DNA of 64,000 nucleotides from a virus (taxonomy: Duplodnaviria; Caudoviricetes). The DNA is taken from the IMG/VR virus record IMGVR_UViG_3300011337_000669; one strand, given 5' to 3'. Position 1 is the stretch's first letter, and each line of letters opens with the position of its first letter. The translations under genes were made by a program, and so were the position numbers. Of this stretch, positions 36,765-47,002 are shown in pieces. The notes under the pieces were generated by a model. The model made no database searches. It was not told the origin of the DNA and was given only the letters and a program-made list of their open reading frames with translations.

Positions 36765-37072
36765 TTCTCTAAGTTTTTGATTTTTCTGTCTAAATAAAAT
36801 GCAGCTTTTTTGAGGTCTTCTAATTCCTTTGTTCGGTCTTTTATACCCGCTCTTGCAACATATTTTACTACGTTAAACAAATAAGCATCGTGGTCTAATC
36901 CCCAAGATTCACAAACCTTAATAACTTCGTACGGATTCTCTTCACCTCCATAATGGTTCGGGTGATTTATCATTTCTTTATTCATTATTTTTACCCCATT
37001 TTTTTCCGATGTATTCATTGTATCTATCATACTTGCTTGGACTATACAACATCCAAACAAAATAGATATCAA
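36755..37072 (-). CDS. DUF3310-family protein
   Basis: INHPNHY....EVI.....NVVKYVARAG.K...EDLKKA.FY; start uncertain. Confidence 0.85.
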   Translation of the reverse strand: MISILFGCCIVQASMIDTMNTSEKNGVKIMNKEMINHPNHYGGEENPYEVIKVCESWGLDHDAYLFNVVKYVARAGIKDRTKELEDLKKAAFYLDRKIKNLEKCQ

Positions 37073-37101
37073 TGACCCATTCTATCTTTTTTAGAATTTT
37101 T

Positions 37102-37314
37102 TTAATTTTTTCCAAAATATTTTTCGATTGATTCAAGTCGGTCATCAGCGTCTGTCAACATTCGAAGTGCCTCTTCAGCATTCTCATAAAAATCTTTTGT
37201 TGAGTGGTCTCCAATACCAACTCCTGTATTACCCAATAGGTCCAAAGTTAGTAATGCTTTTGCTTTGTCTGCCTCAGCCGAGGTCTTTAACATTTTGATT
37301 AAATTTTTATTCAT
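37102..37314 (-). CDS. Hypothetical protein
   Basis: GVGIGDHS motif; in operon. Confidence 0.65.
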   Translation of the reverse strand: MNKNLIKMLKTSAEADKAKALLTLDLLGNTGVGIGDHSTKDFYENAEEALRMLTDADDRLESIEKYFGKN

Positions 37315-37325
37315 AACTTGTATTT

Positions 37326-37511
37326 TTATAATTTGATTGATTTTAGAATTTCTTCATCAGTTTTTCCCTCAAGATATAGATTATAAATCAATAAACAAAT
37401 GGCATCCCCAAAATGTAACATTTCACTTTTACCATAATATTCTTTTAATTTACCTTCTTTTAGGGCTGAGACACATTGGTCAAGGGTCACCCATCTCTTG
37501 TTAAAACTCAT
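37326..37511 (-). CDS. Hypothetical protein
   Basis: Start moved to MSFNKRW. Confidence 0.5.
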   Translation of the reverse strand: MSFNKRWVTLDQCVSALKEGKLKEYYGKSEMLHFGDAICLLIYNLYLEGKTDEEILKSIKL

Positions 37512-37530
37512 TTTGAAAAAAATAAGAATT

Positions 37531-38310
37531 TTAGTTGGTAGAGTCAAGGTTGTTTGTCTTCTCAAAATTAACCATTTGAAAAATATAAGACATAACTTTT
37601 CGTTTGATAATCGGAATCATTGTTTCTTGAAACGGGAAATTCTGAGAACATTTAATTTCAAATATAGGTAACTGTTTGTAAAATTCTGTTTGATTCCACT
37701 TCGAATTACTATCTATAATCTCTGTAAGTGTTTTCTCATCGACTCCTCCCTCAGAGATTAAATTCAAATATGTCCGATTTGTGGATTTATCTTTTTTATC
37801 AGATTTTATTTCATATTCCCACACATATAACTTTTCTTCGGACTTTCGATAGAAAAAAATATATCCTGAACCTGATACTAAATTGTTTTTATTTTTACGA
37901 AGATACAAATCAATTGATTCGAACGCTATATTCCAAATTGATTTGGCAATACTGAAAGCGTCAAATAATTTTGGACCCGAAAACTTTAGAGTTTTATCTA
38001 ACTCACTCTCTTCTTGTTCAGTTAATTGTCTTGGTTTTTTCGGAGTTAATTCTTTAACAAGTATCTCATCATCAGGAGATTCAAATTTCTTGTTGGTTAA
38101 CAAAAGTGTATTCTCCTTTGATATTGACTGAATATTTGCCAAATGTAATGACAATTCCACAAAATTTGGGTATAACTCAAACTTATCAAAACTCTGGTCA
38201 CATTTCTGTAGATAGTCCAACAAGGTATATTTGTTGTACTCAAAATCCAATGGTTCTTTGAACATCCATTCTGGATTTAATTTGAATGATATCTTTTTCT
38301 TTCTACCCAT
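37531..38310 (-). CDS. Hypothetical protein
   Basis: 259-aa ORF. Confidence 0.7.
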   Translation of the reverse strand: MGRKKKISFKLNPEWMFKEPLDFEYNKYTLLDYLQKCDQSFDKFELYPNFVELSLHLANIQSISKENTLLLTNKKFESPDDEILVKELTPKKPRQLTEQEESELDKTLKFSGPKLFDAFSIAKSIWNIAFESIDLYLRKNKNNLVSGSGYIFFYRKSEEKLYVWEYEIKSDKKDKSTNRTYLNLISEGGVDEKTLTEIIDSNSKWNQTEFYKQLPIFEIKCSQNFPFQETMIPIIKRKVMSYIFQMVNFEKTNNLDSTN

Positions 38311-38336
38311 AGGGAAATTATAATAGTTATTAACTA

Positions 38337-39182
38337 TTAATCAATTCTCATTATATAAAATAAGTCTCCGTCAGCATAAACCTCGTGAGCTTCTCCATCG
38401 TAGGTCGCAAGGTAATGTCCGTAACCGTCCATGTCTATCGCTTCCTCTATTAGACTATCAATATCTATAAATTGCTCATAGTCTATGTCTAAATTTCCTA
38501 TAAACTCCCAAGGATCATCTTTGGCCTCTAGTAATTTGGTTTCAATCATATCATCGATTAATTCATCGGGGAATTCTCCTTGAGGATCGGATCTTATTTC
38601 CAAAATTTCTAAAGTATATTCGTCAATTAATTCTTCAAACTCAGATATTTTGGATGCATAAAAATCTTCATTCCCTTTCTCCATAAAATTTTGAAGTTGT
38701 TTTACACTATTTTCTAATCTTTTTTGTTTGTTTGTCAAGATTTCGACTTGTTCTTGTTGTTTAGATGACAACATCCTTTGTGAATCTTCGAAATACCCTT
38801 CAGCGTAATTATAAACATCATCAGTATAATAATCTTGGGCGTATTCCATAACTCCTCTAATGTCCAAGTGACTTTTGAGGAAATCTTGATTGAAGACAGA
38901 TACCCCTTCGGAATCTATCATATCTCTGATATATTGTTCAGCGGATTTTTGTGTTTCATCTTCATCACCCACCGAATATTCAGTTCCCTCTACACTAAAC
39001 CTATCCAAATCGTAGAAATCACCAACGAAAATAACATCTTCCAATGTAGTGTCTTCGTCCACCTCTCCAACATCTTTCAACCAACTCAAAAGAAGTTCAG
39101 CTCTCAATTTTAGTGAGGGATTATTTTCCATGTATAATTTGGTTCTATCTTCAGCGGATTGATTTTGTTCTAAAAAATTCAT
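38337..39182 (-). CDS. Acidic hypothetical protein
   Basis: 281-aa ORF; TATTTAT upstream. Confidence 0.7.
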   Translation of the reverse strand: MNFLEQNQSAEDRTKLYMENNPSLKLRAELLLSWLKDVGEVDEDTTLEDVIFVGDFYDLDRFSVEGTEYSVGDEDETQKSAEQYIRDMIDSEGVSVFNQDFLKSHLDIRGVMEYAQDYYTDDVYNYAEGYFEDSQRMLSSKQQEQVEILTNKQKRLENSVKQLQNFMEKGNEDFYASKISEFEELIDEYTLEILEIRSDPQGEFPDELIDDMIETKLLEAKDDPWEFIGNLDIDYEQFIDIDSLIEEAIDMDGYGHYLATYDGEAHEVYADGDLFYIMRID

Positions 39183-39237
39183 CAGTTTTTATTTAATAAA
39201 TATCTAAAGATTATTGATTTTGTTTATATTTATAATT

Positions 39238-39831
39238 ATGGGATGCGGTATTTACAGGATTACAAATGAAGTAGACAATAAAGTATACGTTGGTAGTTCA
39301 TTGAATATTAAGAATCGAGAATATAAACATTTTTGGTTGTTACGTAACAATAAACACGATAACTCTTTTTTACAAAATTCATTCAATAAAAATGGCGAAT
39401 TAAAATTCAAGTTTCAAATAATTGAACTTTGTAATTCTTCCGAATTGATTGATAGAGAAAATTATTATATTGATTTATTGAAATCAAACTTTCCTGAATT
39501 CGGATATAATTTAGCGAAAGTAAACGAATTCAGACGAAATACATATAACGATGAAGTAAAAAAGAAGTTATCTAAATACAATTTACAAAAAAATTCCAAC
39601 TTCAATCTATTTTACTTACAAAATATTTTATCAAATGAAATAAAAACATTTGACAATTTGGTAGATGCTGCTAATTATTTAATAGATAATGGGTTTACCA
39701 ATGGAACCCCAAGAAATGTTAGGATGAAATTATCAGTTGCCTTACGAGGTAAGAAAATAAATAATGGGAAAAACAATAATGGGTCAATTAGAAAAACTTG
39801 TTATAAACATAAATTTGAAATAATAAACTAA
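39238..39831 (+). CDS. GIY-YIG homing endonuclease
   Basis: GIYRITN...YVGSS..I..R...H...L; E..YI..L; GYN motifs. Confidence 0.9.
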   Translation: MGCGIYRITNEVDNKVYVGSSLNIKNREYKHFWLLRNNKHDNSFLQNSFNKNGELKFKFQIIELCNSSELIDRENYYIDLLKSNFPEFGYNLAKVNEFRRNTYNDEVKKKLSKYNLQKNSNFNLFYLQNILSNEIKTFDNLVDAANYLIDNGFTNGTPRNVRMKLSVALRGKKINNGKNNNGSIRKTCYKHKFEIIN

Positions 39832-39848
39832 ATTAAATAACAAAAATC

Positions 39849-40007
39849 ATGGCGTGCGGATGCAAAAACAATAATCAATCACAGCCTCAAGCTCAACAGC
39901 AGCAAGCAACAACTCAATTAGCTAAAGAACAACAAAATGAGAGTGTTAAAGCCGCTATCAAAAAAACTGTAGAGAAGTATTATAACGTAAATAAAACTTC
40001 TAAATAA
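39849..40007 (+). CDS. 52-aa MACGCK Gln-rich peptide
   Basis: Manual translation; not in ORF track. Confidence 0.65.
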   Translation: MACGCKNNNQSQPQAQQQQATTQLAKEQQNESVKAAIKKTVEKYYNVNKTSK

Positions 40008-40069
40008 GTTTAAGTAAGAGGGATATATGAGAGGGACAATTTTTTTGTCCCTTTTTTGTATTTATTAAT

Positions 40070-41065
40070 ATGGATTTTCAAGAAATAATAGATGATTTCA
40101 ATAATGGAGAGTTTGACGCCGAACTTTTTTTCGGTGATTGGGACACATTTTTTAGTGTATTGGATAAGAGAGGATTAATTTCTCAAATCGATCTTGAAAA
40201 CACGGAAGTACAGAATTCGTTGTTAATTTGGCTTCATGGACGAGACCGCAAAAGATTTCATGAATTTGTTGTAGATAAATTGTCCGATGTTGACATGGAC
40301 GAAAACGGTGTAATTTATTTAGATTTGGACGACAGGTCTGAATTATCAAATTTTTTCTGTGAAAGTTCCCGTAACGGTCTCTCAAAAGGTTATGTTGAAA
40401 ATATTCTTTCGGGTGAAAGCGATCTTTACCACTACGACTACACAACTGATAGTGTTTATCGTGATGTTATTGAAGGGCTAAACCCAAAAAATATGAAACA
40501 CCTTAGAGAATATGTTGTCGAAAATCTAAAAGGTCAAAAAATAGAAACTGGAACTATAGAATTAGAAGATATTGCTAGAGAACAAGGTCATCCCGAATAT
40601 GTGACAGTTGATAATCCTATGACAGCACAGACTATCATAGACGACAAGGAGTCAATGAATCACCTTTTGGATACTTATCTTGAAGACTTAAAATCCGAAT
40701 TAGAATCCATTCACAGGAATGCTTATAACCAAGCATATGAGAGTGAAACATATGAAAACATTTTTAGTGAATTACAAGAGTATATAAACGGTAATGGTGA
40801 ATATTATTCTCAACCTCACCGTTTCAAAAAAGATACCATGACACAACGTTTCAGAGTTCCTGTTGCATCAAACTTTGACGAAATAATCTTAGACTATTTA
40901 ATTTCAAATAAGAATCGAGGATCTCGTGGATTATTAGAATATTGGGGCGATTACATACCAATAGTTCAAGATGAACAAGATTGTTTAACGGTTAATTCTC
41001 CCGACTATCCTGATTTCAGAAAGATCGAAGAAAATATTAATGAAATTTTCACTGATTACATCTAA
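40070..41065 (+). CDS. Acidic hypothetical protein
   Basis: 331-aa ORF; TATTTAT 4 nt upstream. Confidence 0.72.
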   Translation: MDFQEIIDDFNNGEFDAELFFGDWDTFFSVLDKRGLISQIDLENTEVQNSLLIWLHGRDRKRFHEFVVDKLSDVDMDENGVIYLDLDDRSELSNFFCESSRNGLSKGYVENILSGESDLYHYDYTTDSVYRDVIEGLNPKNMKHLREYVVENLKGQKIETGTIELEDIAREQGHPEYVTVDNPMTAQTIIDDKESMNHLLDTYLEDLKSELESIHRNAYNQAYESETYENIFSELQEYINGNGEYYSQPHRFKKDTMTQRFRVPVASNFDEIILDYLISNKNRGSRGLLEYWGDYIPIVQDEQDCLTVNSPDYPDFRKIEENINEIFTDYI

Positions 41066-41122
41066 TTATTCTATTCTTTTTGTAAGTGTAATTTATTATC
41101 ATTCAACAAATCAGTTAATTAA

Positions 41123-41869
41123 ATGATATTAAAGAAGACTAACAGTAGGGTTTATACAATAAATTTATTTTCAGACTATCTCCTAAACAAAATCCCAAAC
41201 ACAGAAGAATCAATTTTCTCTGTAGCAGATTGTAAAAATTTCATAATTATAAAAGGTAAGACCTCCCATAAAGAAATTTTAGATATCAGTTCAATAACAA
41301 AAGAGTTCAACGAAAAATACGAACCTGAGACACCAATCTCCCATACAATAGATTTAATTGAATATGATTGTAAGTTATCCAAAGTAAAAAATTTGGAATT
41401 TATCTTACATAAGTCTGAGAATTGTTCTTACCATAAAACCCAAATTGAAAAATTCTTATTGAATGAGTCATCATTTGATTTCAGCGGTTATTCATTAGAA
41501 GTCTCTGATGATAAATTGATTGTTACATCTGAATTCCCTCATGGATATTCACTGAATCAGGGAAGACTTATCTATCTTTACGGAAAACATATTTTTTATA
41601 GTATCCCAACTAACTACACAGATTCATCCATTATTTTTAATCTGTCTTTGAACAAAGATGATGAAAATGACAATATTATATCAATCTTTAATGTAGATAA
41701 AAACTCTGAAGATGAAACCTTGAAATCAGCAATATTAGATGTATTCGATTTCAATATGTCTTGGCTATCATCTGAAATGAAAAAAGTGGATTGGAGTATC
41801 GAACTCACAAATCCACTCGAAGATTATTCTTTTGTTAAAAAGAAAAATAAAGATTTTGTTATTTTTTAG
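41123..41869 (+). CDS. Hypothetical protein
   Basis: 248-aa ORF. Confidence 0.65.
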   Translation: MILKKTNSRVYTINLFSDYLLNKIPNTEESIFSVADCKNFIIIKGKTSHKEILDISSITKEFNEKYEPETPISHTIDLIEYDCKLSKVKNLEFILHKSENCSYHKTQIEKFLLNESSFDFSGYSLEVSDDKLIVTSEFPHGYSLNQGRLIYLYGKHIFYSIPTNYTDSSIIFNLSLNKDDENDNIISIFNVDKNSEDETLKSAILDVFDFNMSWLSSEMKKVDWSIELTNPLEDYSFVKKKNKDFVIF

Positions 41870-42171
41870 ATTATACCGATATTTTTTCGGTGTTCTTTAA
41901 TTATTTGAATAGCTTCAGTCAACTCATTATAATTTTTATCGGGAGTATATAGGAAAGACTTATAATTCTTCCCATCTCCCTCAATAATAAGTAACGCTGG
42001 TATTAAATCATTGTCTGTTATTTCACTGAACACATCATATTCATCTTTATGTTCATCGATATCTCTATCGAAAAACTCTATACCTTCTTCATTTAACATT
42101 TTTTTGAAGTCAACGCAGAAAGGGCATCCTTTCATAGTATAGACAATAACATTCAAATCTTTCATATTCAT
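41866..42171 (-). CDS. Glutaredoxin-like protein
   Basis: VYTMKGCPFC...IP. Confidence 0.85.
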   Translation of the reverse strand: MNMKDLNVIVYTMKGCPFCVDFKKMLNEEGIEFFDRDIDEHKDEYDVFSEITDNDLIPALLIIEGDGKNYKSFLYTPDKNYNELTEAIQIIKEHRKNIGII

Positions 42172-42488
42172 TAATCTAATAATTTAAGAAGTTGGTCTGG
42201 TGAAATCACGCCCGGTCTTGAAAAAGTTTCTTCTCCATTCTCGAATATTTTAATCGTCGGAACTCCCCTAACATTCCACTCTTTCATAAGGTCCATATCT
42301 TGTTCAATGTCAAATTTATAAACACTGTATTTTGGTGTTCCTTTTTGCATTAAAGATTCATTAACTTTTTCAAGGTTCCCCAACATTATTTTGCACGGTC
42401 CACACCAAGTCGCAAATAGGTCAAGTACGAAGTTTTCCTTGTTGTTAATTTTTTGTTTTAGTTCTTCACTTGTTAGTTGTTTTGTCAT
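42171..42488 (-). CDS. trxA: Thioredoxin
   Basis: LDLFATWCGPC; VRGVPT. Confidence 0.9.
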   Translation of the reverse strand: MTKQLTSEELKQKINNKENFVLDLFATWCGPCKIMLGNLEKVNESLMQKGTPKYSVYKFDIEQDMDLMKEWNVRGVPTIKIFENGEETFSRPGVISPDQLLKLLD

Positions 42489-42810
42489 TGTTAAATTGTT
42501 TTATAAGTTGTCTTAAAAAAATTGTTAATTCACTTTCTTGATTTTGTTTATAATAAACAACTAAATTCACATCGGTAGTATTCAATAATAAATACAAATA
42601 GAATCCTTGTTTTGTTTTGAAAATTATTTTTTCGAGTATAATTTTTCCTGAACCTGCATCTACATCAATTAGTCCTTTACTCCAAACGACTTCGAAACTT
42701 CTACCATTCAAGAATTTGAAAATAGAATCGTCAGGAAAATTGATTTGGATCGATGACAAAACCCCTAAAGATTTTTCATTATTCTTTATAAATTTTGGTT
42801 TTTTTATCAT
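42466..42810 (-). CDS. Hypothetical protein
   Basis: ORF in operon. Confidence 0.55.
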   Translation of the reverse strand: MIKKPKFIKNNEKSLGVLSSIQINFPDDSIFKFLNGRSFEVVWSKGLIDVDAGSGKIILEKIIFKTKQGFYLYLLLNTTDVNLVVYYKQNQESELTIFLRQLIKQFNNDKTTNK

Positions 42811-42815
42811 AGTTA

Positions 42816-44495
42816 TTAAAAGTCTAATGTACGAGGTCCCTCGAGTATTTTATTATCCCATTTCAAAAAACCATCCTCATCCCAATATGAGCTGGATTCA
42901 AAGAATGTTCCATTATAACACTTTTTGGTTATTTTTACAGGTTCAAATCTGTCATCGTTTACGTAATATAACATTTTCAAATCCAATTTCAATAGCCAGT
43001 GTGTCCATTCATCTGATAATTTCCCATTGTATTTCCCCAAACTTTGTACTCTACGACATTTAACCTTATCATCCTCTCGATATAGCTGATATTCAATAGT
43101 TGCCCTTTCCTCAGAATTTCTTGACCCCTTTCTTAAAGATATAATTATATTTGACGACTTTCCAATATAGGTTTTTACACAATTTGATTGGGTTGAACTC
43201 TCTTCATTATATGATGTTGAATCATCCAATAATACAGGATAATACTCTCCCAATGGTTGTTCCAAATGTTCGTAAGAATAGATGGGATAAATCCTTTCAT
43301 AGTGACCATTTTTATAGAATGTTAATTTATCCGACCAATCCAAATGTTCATTTCTAAAGGTATCCACTTCATTACTCATCCACCTCAAATCAGTTTCACC
43401 ATACATTTTTAATTGGGTGTAAATTTCAATGTGGTCGATGAATGTATAGGTGTCAAACATTTCTTCAAAATATACTTTCTTGAAAAGATTGAATACCCTA
43501 CGTAGTTCATCTTTACCAATTACATTTACAAACTCAGCGGGAATATCCCTATCTTTGATGTTGAATTCAGAATTCAAAGTTTGTAAAATAAAATCATCAT
43601 CCTGATTAATCCAATCATCCCCGAATAATCTTCTTGCCATCAAGTACAAGTCCAAGTTAAGTGATTTACAACTATGAAGACATTTTTTTAATTTCTTTCC
43701 AGTTAATCCATTATGTATCATAAACGCGTCCACCAATCGATTGTCATTCTTTTTGAGTATCTTTCTAAAAATCGGACCAACTAATTTAGAAGAATACAAA
43801 CGGAAATTGTTTGGATACTTAATCCCTTTTTTATCTAAATAAAACTTGAATAATCTCTTTTCGAAGTTGAATTCGTATGGTTCTTCCCTACCGTCAATCT
43901 CATGCATGAATTTTGATACCGCGTCATTAGCAATCTCGGAACTATTGTGTGAGTATGACCACCCTTTGTCTCTAATGGTATACATTACTTGTGCTATTGG
44001 TTCATTCAAAAAAAAGTTTTTGTTAAGTTTTTTCCGTACCTTCTTTTTATTTTGATAATTGTGTAGAAATCCTGAATATACATCACCAGTTTTGGTGTTG
44101 ACAGTAATGTAGTCCACGTTCCGAACAACTTTGAACCATTTGTTTCCCATTTTCCTTTCCCTATACCCATTAAAAACCTTCATAGAGACCTTATCTCCAT
44201 CTCGTTCGACCACAACCATCAAATAAGATTTAAGTACCCTGGATAAAGGATTTCCGTAGTATAAAACAAAATCCTGTTCAACATTCGAAACATAGTTTTC
44301 TATAAACACATCAGAGGTTTTAGACAAATTAACTTGGTCATATGCTATTTTATAGAAGTCTTTTTCCCAAATATCCCCATCATCATCATCGAAAAAAAAT
44401 TTGTTTTTTGGATGTGGAAAAGATATAGGAACAGTGTCGTGAAATACAACCGTTGTGTAGGACTCATAATTAACTTTGAAAATTTCTTCTTTCAT
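42816..44495 (-). CDS. PcfJ-like domain protein
   Basis: C-terminal EESSTQSNCVKTY...SLR...ATIEY...Q..GKYN. Confidence 0.65.
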   Translation of the reverse strand: MKEEIFKVNYESYTTVVFHDTVPISFPHPKNKFFFDDDDGDIWEKDFYKIAYDQVNLSKTSDVFIENYVSNVEQDFVLYYGNPLSRVLKSYLMVVVERDGDKVSMKVFNGYRERKMGNKWFKVVRNVDYITVNTKTGDVYSGFLHNYQNKKKVRKKLNKNFFLNEPIAQVMYTIRDKGWSYSHNSSEIANDAVSKFMHEIDGREEPYEFNFEKRLFKFYLDKKGIKYPNNFRLYSSKLVGPIFRKILKKNDNRLVDAFMIHNGLTGKKLKKCLHSCKSLNLDLYLMARRLFGDDWINQDDDFILQTLNSEFNIKDRDIPAEFVNVIGKDELRRVFNLFKKVYFEEMFDTYTFIDHIEIYTQLKMYGETDLRWMSNEVDTFRNEHLDWSDKLTFYKNGHYERIYPIYSYEHLEQPLGEYYPVLLDDSTSYNEESSTQSNCVKTYIGKSSNIIISLRKGSRNSEERATIEYQLYREDDKVKCRRVQSLGKYNGKLSDEWTHWLLKLDLKMLYYVNDDRFEPVKITKKCYNGTFFESSSYWDEDGFLKWDNKILEGPRTLDF

Positions 44496-44542
44496 ACTTT
44501 AATTATAATAAAAAAAATGGGGAGTATAAACCCCCCACTTAA

Positions 44543-45292
44543 TTAACAATAAGACTCTGCCAACTCCCAAAGATTAGTATTAATCTTGTTGATTGATTGG
44601 AAGTTTTTTAATTCCTTCATTGAAGTGAATCTTCCTTTTTCGGATTGGTACCTCAAACCTCCACGAACAAACTTCTCTTGAATTACGTTGAACGTAGTCC
44701 AAACTGAACTTCCTGAATCCTCATGTCTGATAGGATGAAGGAAGTCTTCAAATTTGATTTTAGGGATTGACCCTTTTTCCCAACGGATTGAGGTGGCTTT
44801 GGTGACAAAGTCAACCACTTTTTCTTCATCCAAGAAGGTAGTCTCCATCTTACCTACAGACCTTTGGATTACTGGCAGTCTTTCCGCGAATTGGTCTGTG
44901 ATTTGTTTCACTGTTCCCATGTCAAACTTCATGTGTTTAACAGAAATTTTATCCGAAAGGGATGTTGGTACTGTTAGACCATTGGAACAAACTAATCGAT
45001 GAAGTCCAGCACTTACTGAGAACGTACTCATTCCGTTGTGAGAGTTTCTGATAATCGCCTCTACCAAAGAATCACCTACCTGTGGAAATTCAACATTACG
45101 TAGTCTTAACTCATGCTGAGCGTAAGATCCTCTACCATTTTGGTTAGCGGAGAATACTTTCCATCCTTCATTCTCAAAGTTTTCGAGAATATCCATTGTC
45201 GGTACAAAAGTGTACTTGTTCGACATTTTTGGAGATGGAGAGGTGGTGAATACTGAGGGAGCGATTCTCTTGAGGTAGTCTGTCGTTATCAT
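44543..45292 (-). CDS. DUF932/DUF945-family protein
   Basis: HELRLR, IRNSHNG, GLHRLVCSNGL, WTTFNVIQE motifs; TATCTTTG upstream. Confidence 0.88.
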   Translation of the reverse strand: MITTDYLKRIAPSVFTTSPSPKMSNKYTFVPTMDILENFENEGWKVFSANQNGRGSYAQHELRLRNVEFPQVGDSLVEAIIRNSHNGMSTFSVSAGLHRLVCSNGLTVPTSLSDKISVKHMKFDMGTVKQITDQFAERLPVIQRSVGKMETTFLDEEKVVDFVTKATSIRWEKGSIPKIKFEDFLHPIRHEDSGSSVWTTFNVIQEKFVRGGLRYQSEKGRFTSMKELKNFQSINKINTNLWELAESYC

Positions 45293-45345
45293 GTCTTATT
45301 GATTTAGAATTCAAAGATATGATAAAAAATTTAATTTACCAAAAC

Positions 45346-45615
45346 TCAATTCAAAAAAAGATCACCAAAAATAGTTTTTTGTGTTGCGTTAATTTTAGTT
45401 TCTTTAGGCTGATTAATTTCTGAACACAAATGAAGTAATTGAGATTGGGTGAGGCTAACATCCTCACCCTTTTCATAATTTTTAATTGCAGCTTCTTTGA
45501 TTTTGATATAAAAAAATTCTTCCTTGTCTTTAGAAACTAAGTTCAATAAATCATTAGGATTTTCTCTGAAAAACTTAATGACATTGTTCATGTATATTTC
45601 AATATCAAGATTCAT
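45346..45615 (-). CDS. Hypothetical protein
   Basis: 89-aa ORF. Confidence 0.55.
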   Translation of the reverse strand: MNLDIEIYMNNVIKFFRENPNDLLNLVSKDKEEFFYIKIKEAAIKNYEKGEDVSLTQSQLLHLCSEINQPKETKINATQKTIFGDLFLN

Positions 45616-45632
45616 AAGACATCATTTAATAA

Positions 45633-46958
45633 TTAACCCCCCAAATCCCACATACCAGGTTGCATCTCTTCACCCTTATCAGTAATTGAACTTGGAATTT
45701 TTGCATTGGGACTTTCCTTAAGATTCAAGAACATTAGACTTGGTAAATTAGCAATACATTCAGGTATTGTTGTCAACTCAGGATTTTTCATAACCGCTAA
45801 GAATTTCAATCTCGGTAATTCACAAACTGATTCTGGTATACTTTTGAATGAAACATTATCAGTAATAATATGAACCAAGTTTTTGAATTTACCTATCTCT
45901 TGAGGAAGGTCTATTTTGATAGCATCTTTGCTATCTCTATTTTGTATCGAGAAAGATTCTAATGTATCAGGTAAACTTCCAATCAAGTCATCCAATCCAT
46001 ATAAAGAAATAAATTTACCTACCGCGCCAGAAGATAAACCATCAACTTTGAACTCTTTCCCTGAGGTACCCGTAAGACCTTTTGCAAACTCGGGTTTGAA
46101 GAAGGTTTTAAGTTCATTCATAGGTCCATTCAATAGTCCTACTAAATCCTGTTGACGATCATCCTTATCCATAAATTGATTGGATGGGAAGTGAAACTGA
46201 TATCTATTTTTAGGTAATCCTGTATTTGGACTAACATCAGTATCATTTGGATCGAAAATAACGTATAATGGTCCATCTTTAATATATCTATCAAACCAAC
46301 TAGCACCTGGTGCCGATGTACACCATCTTGTTTCAACGTTGTTACCACCATAAAAACATGCCGCCTCTTTTCCAACTTGTCCTTTATCTTCGATTTCTAC
46401 AACTCTCCAATTAGGACCATCAAAAACCAATTTAGCCCCAGGATGGACTGGCGCAGATTTTCGTTCTGCTTTGGTTGTAGTCGCCATGGTTAAATCAAAA
46501 TCCTTAACCGCGTCATATAGTTGGTCAGGTGTCAATTTATTAATGTCTCTCATTTCTTTAGGGAGACGCACCTTAAATCTCTCAAACTTTTTGAGATCAT
46601 CAGTTACTTTATACAAATCTTCTAAGAAAACCTCTTTAGCCTTCTTCAACTCTCTTTCGTATGAATAATCACCAACAGAACTTTCAGTCTTAGGTAGTAA
46701 ATAATTTTTTACCAACCATGGTACATAACTACCGGCTTTGATTTTACCTAATTCTTCAGGAGTTGCAGTTTCAACATCTACATTGTTCAACCTAGTTGTC
46801 GGGTCAGCTAAAACTAAATCCAAAAATTCTTTCTTAGAAAGTTTTGGTTTTATCTTCTTGCCCTCTTTATCCTCACCAGATTTTGTTAAAGCATTCAATA
46901 ATACCTCAAATCTTGATTGTTCAACTATGATTGATTTTAATAACGAAGTAAATTTCAT
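45633..46958 (-). CDS. Leader-bearing protein with C-terminal leucine-rich repeats
   Basis: LPQEIGKFKNL / IPESVCELPRL / IPECIANLPSL; central TRWCTS motif. Confidence 0.75.
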   Translation of the reverse strand: MKFTSLLKSIIVEQSRFEVLLNALTKSGEDKEGKKIKPKLSKKEFLDLVLADPTTRLNNVDVETATPEELGKIKAGSYVPWLVKNYLLPKTESSVGDYSYERELKKAKEVFLEDLYKVTDDLKKFERFKVRLPKEMRDINKLTPDQLYDAVKDFDLTMATTTKAERKSAPVHPGAKLVFDGPNWRVVEIEDKGQVGKEAACFYGGNNVETRWCTSAPGASWFDRYIKDGPLYVIFDPNDTDVSPNTGLPKNRYQFHFPSNQFMDKDDRQQDLVGLLNGPMNELKTFFKPEFAKGLTGTSGKEFKVDGLSSGAVGKFISLYGLDDLIGSLPDTLESFSIQNRDSKDAIKIDLPQEIGKFKNLVHIITDNVSFKSIPESVCELPRLKFLAVMKNPELTTIPECIANLPSLMFLNLKESPNAKIPSSITDKGEEMQPGMWDLGG

Positions 46959-47002
46959 CTATTTTTAATTTATTAATAAATATATTGTTATTACAAAAAT
47001 AA

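Noticed and set aside
41123-41869. Degenerate S-adenosylmethionine synthetase (MetK)
   Set aside because: Only vague resemblance; the GHPDK and GGGAFSGKD signature motifs are absent
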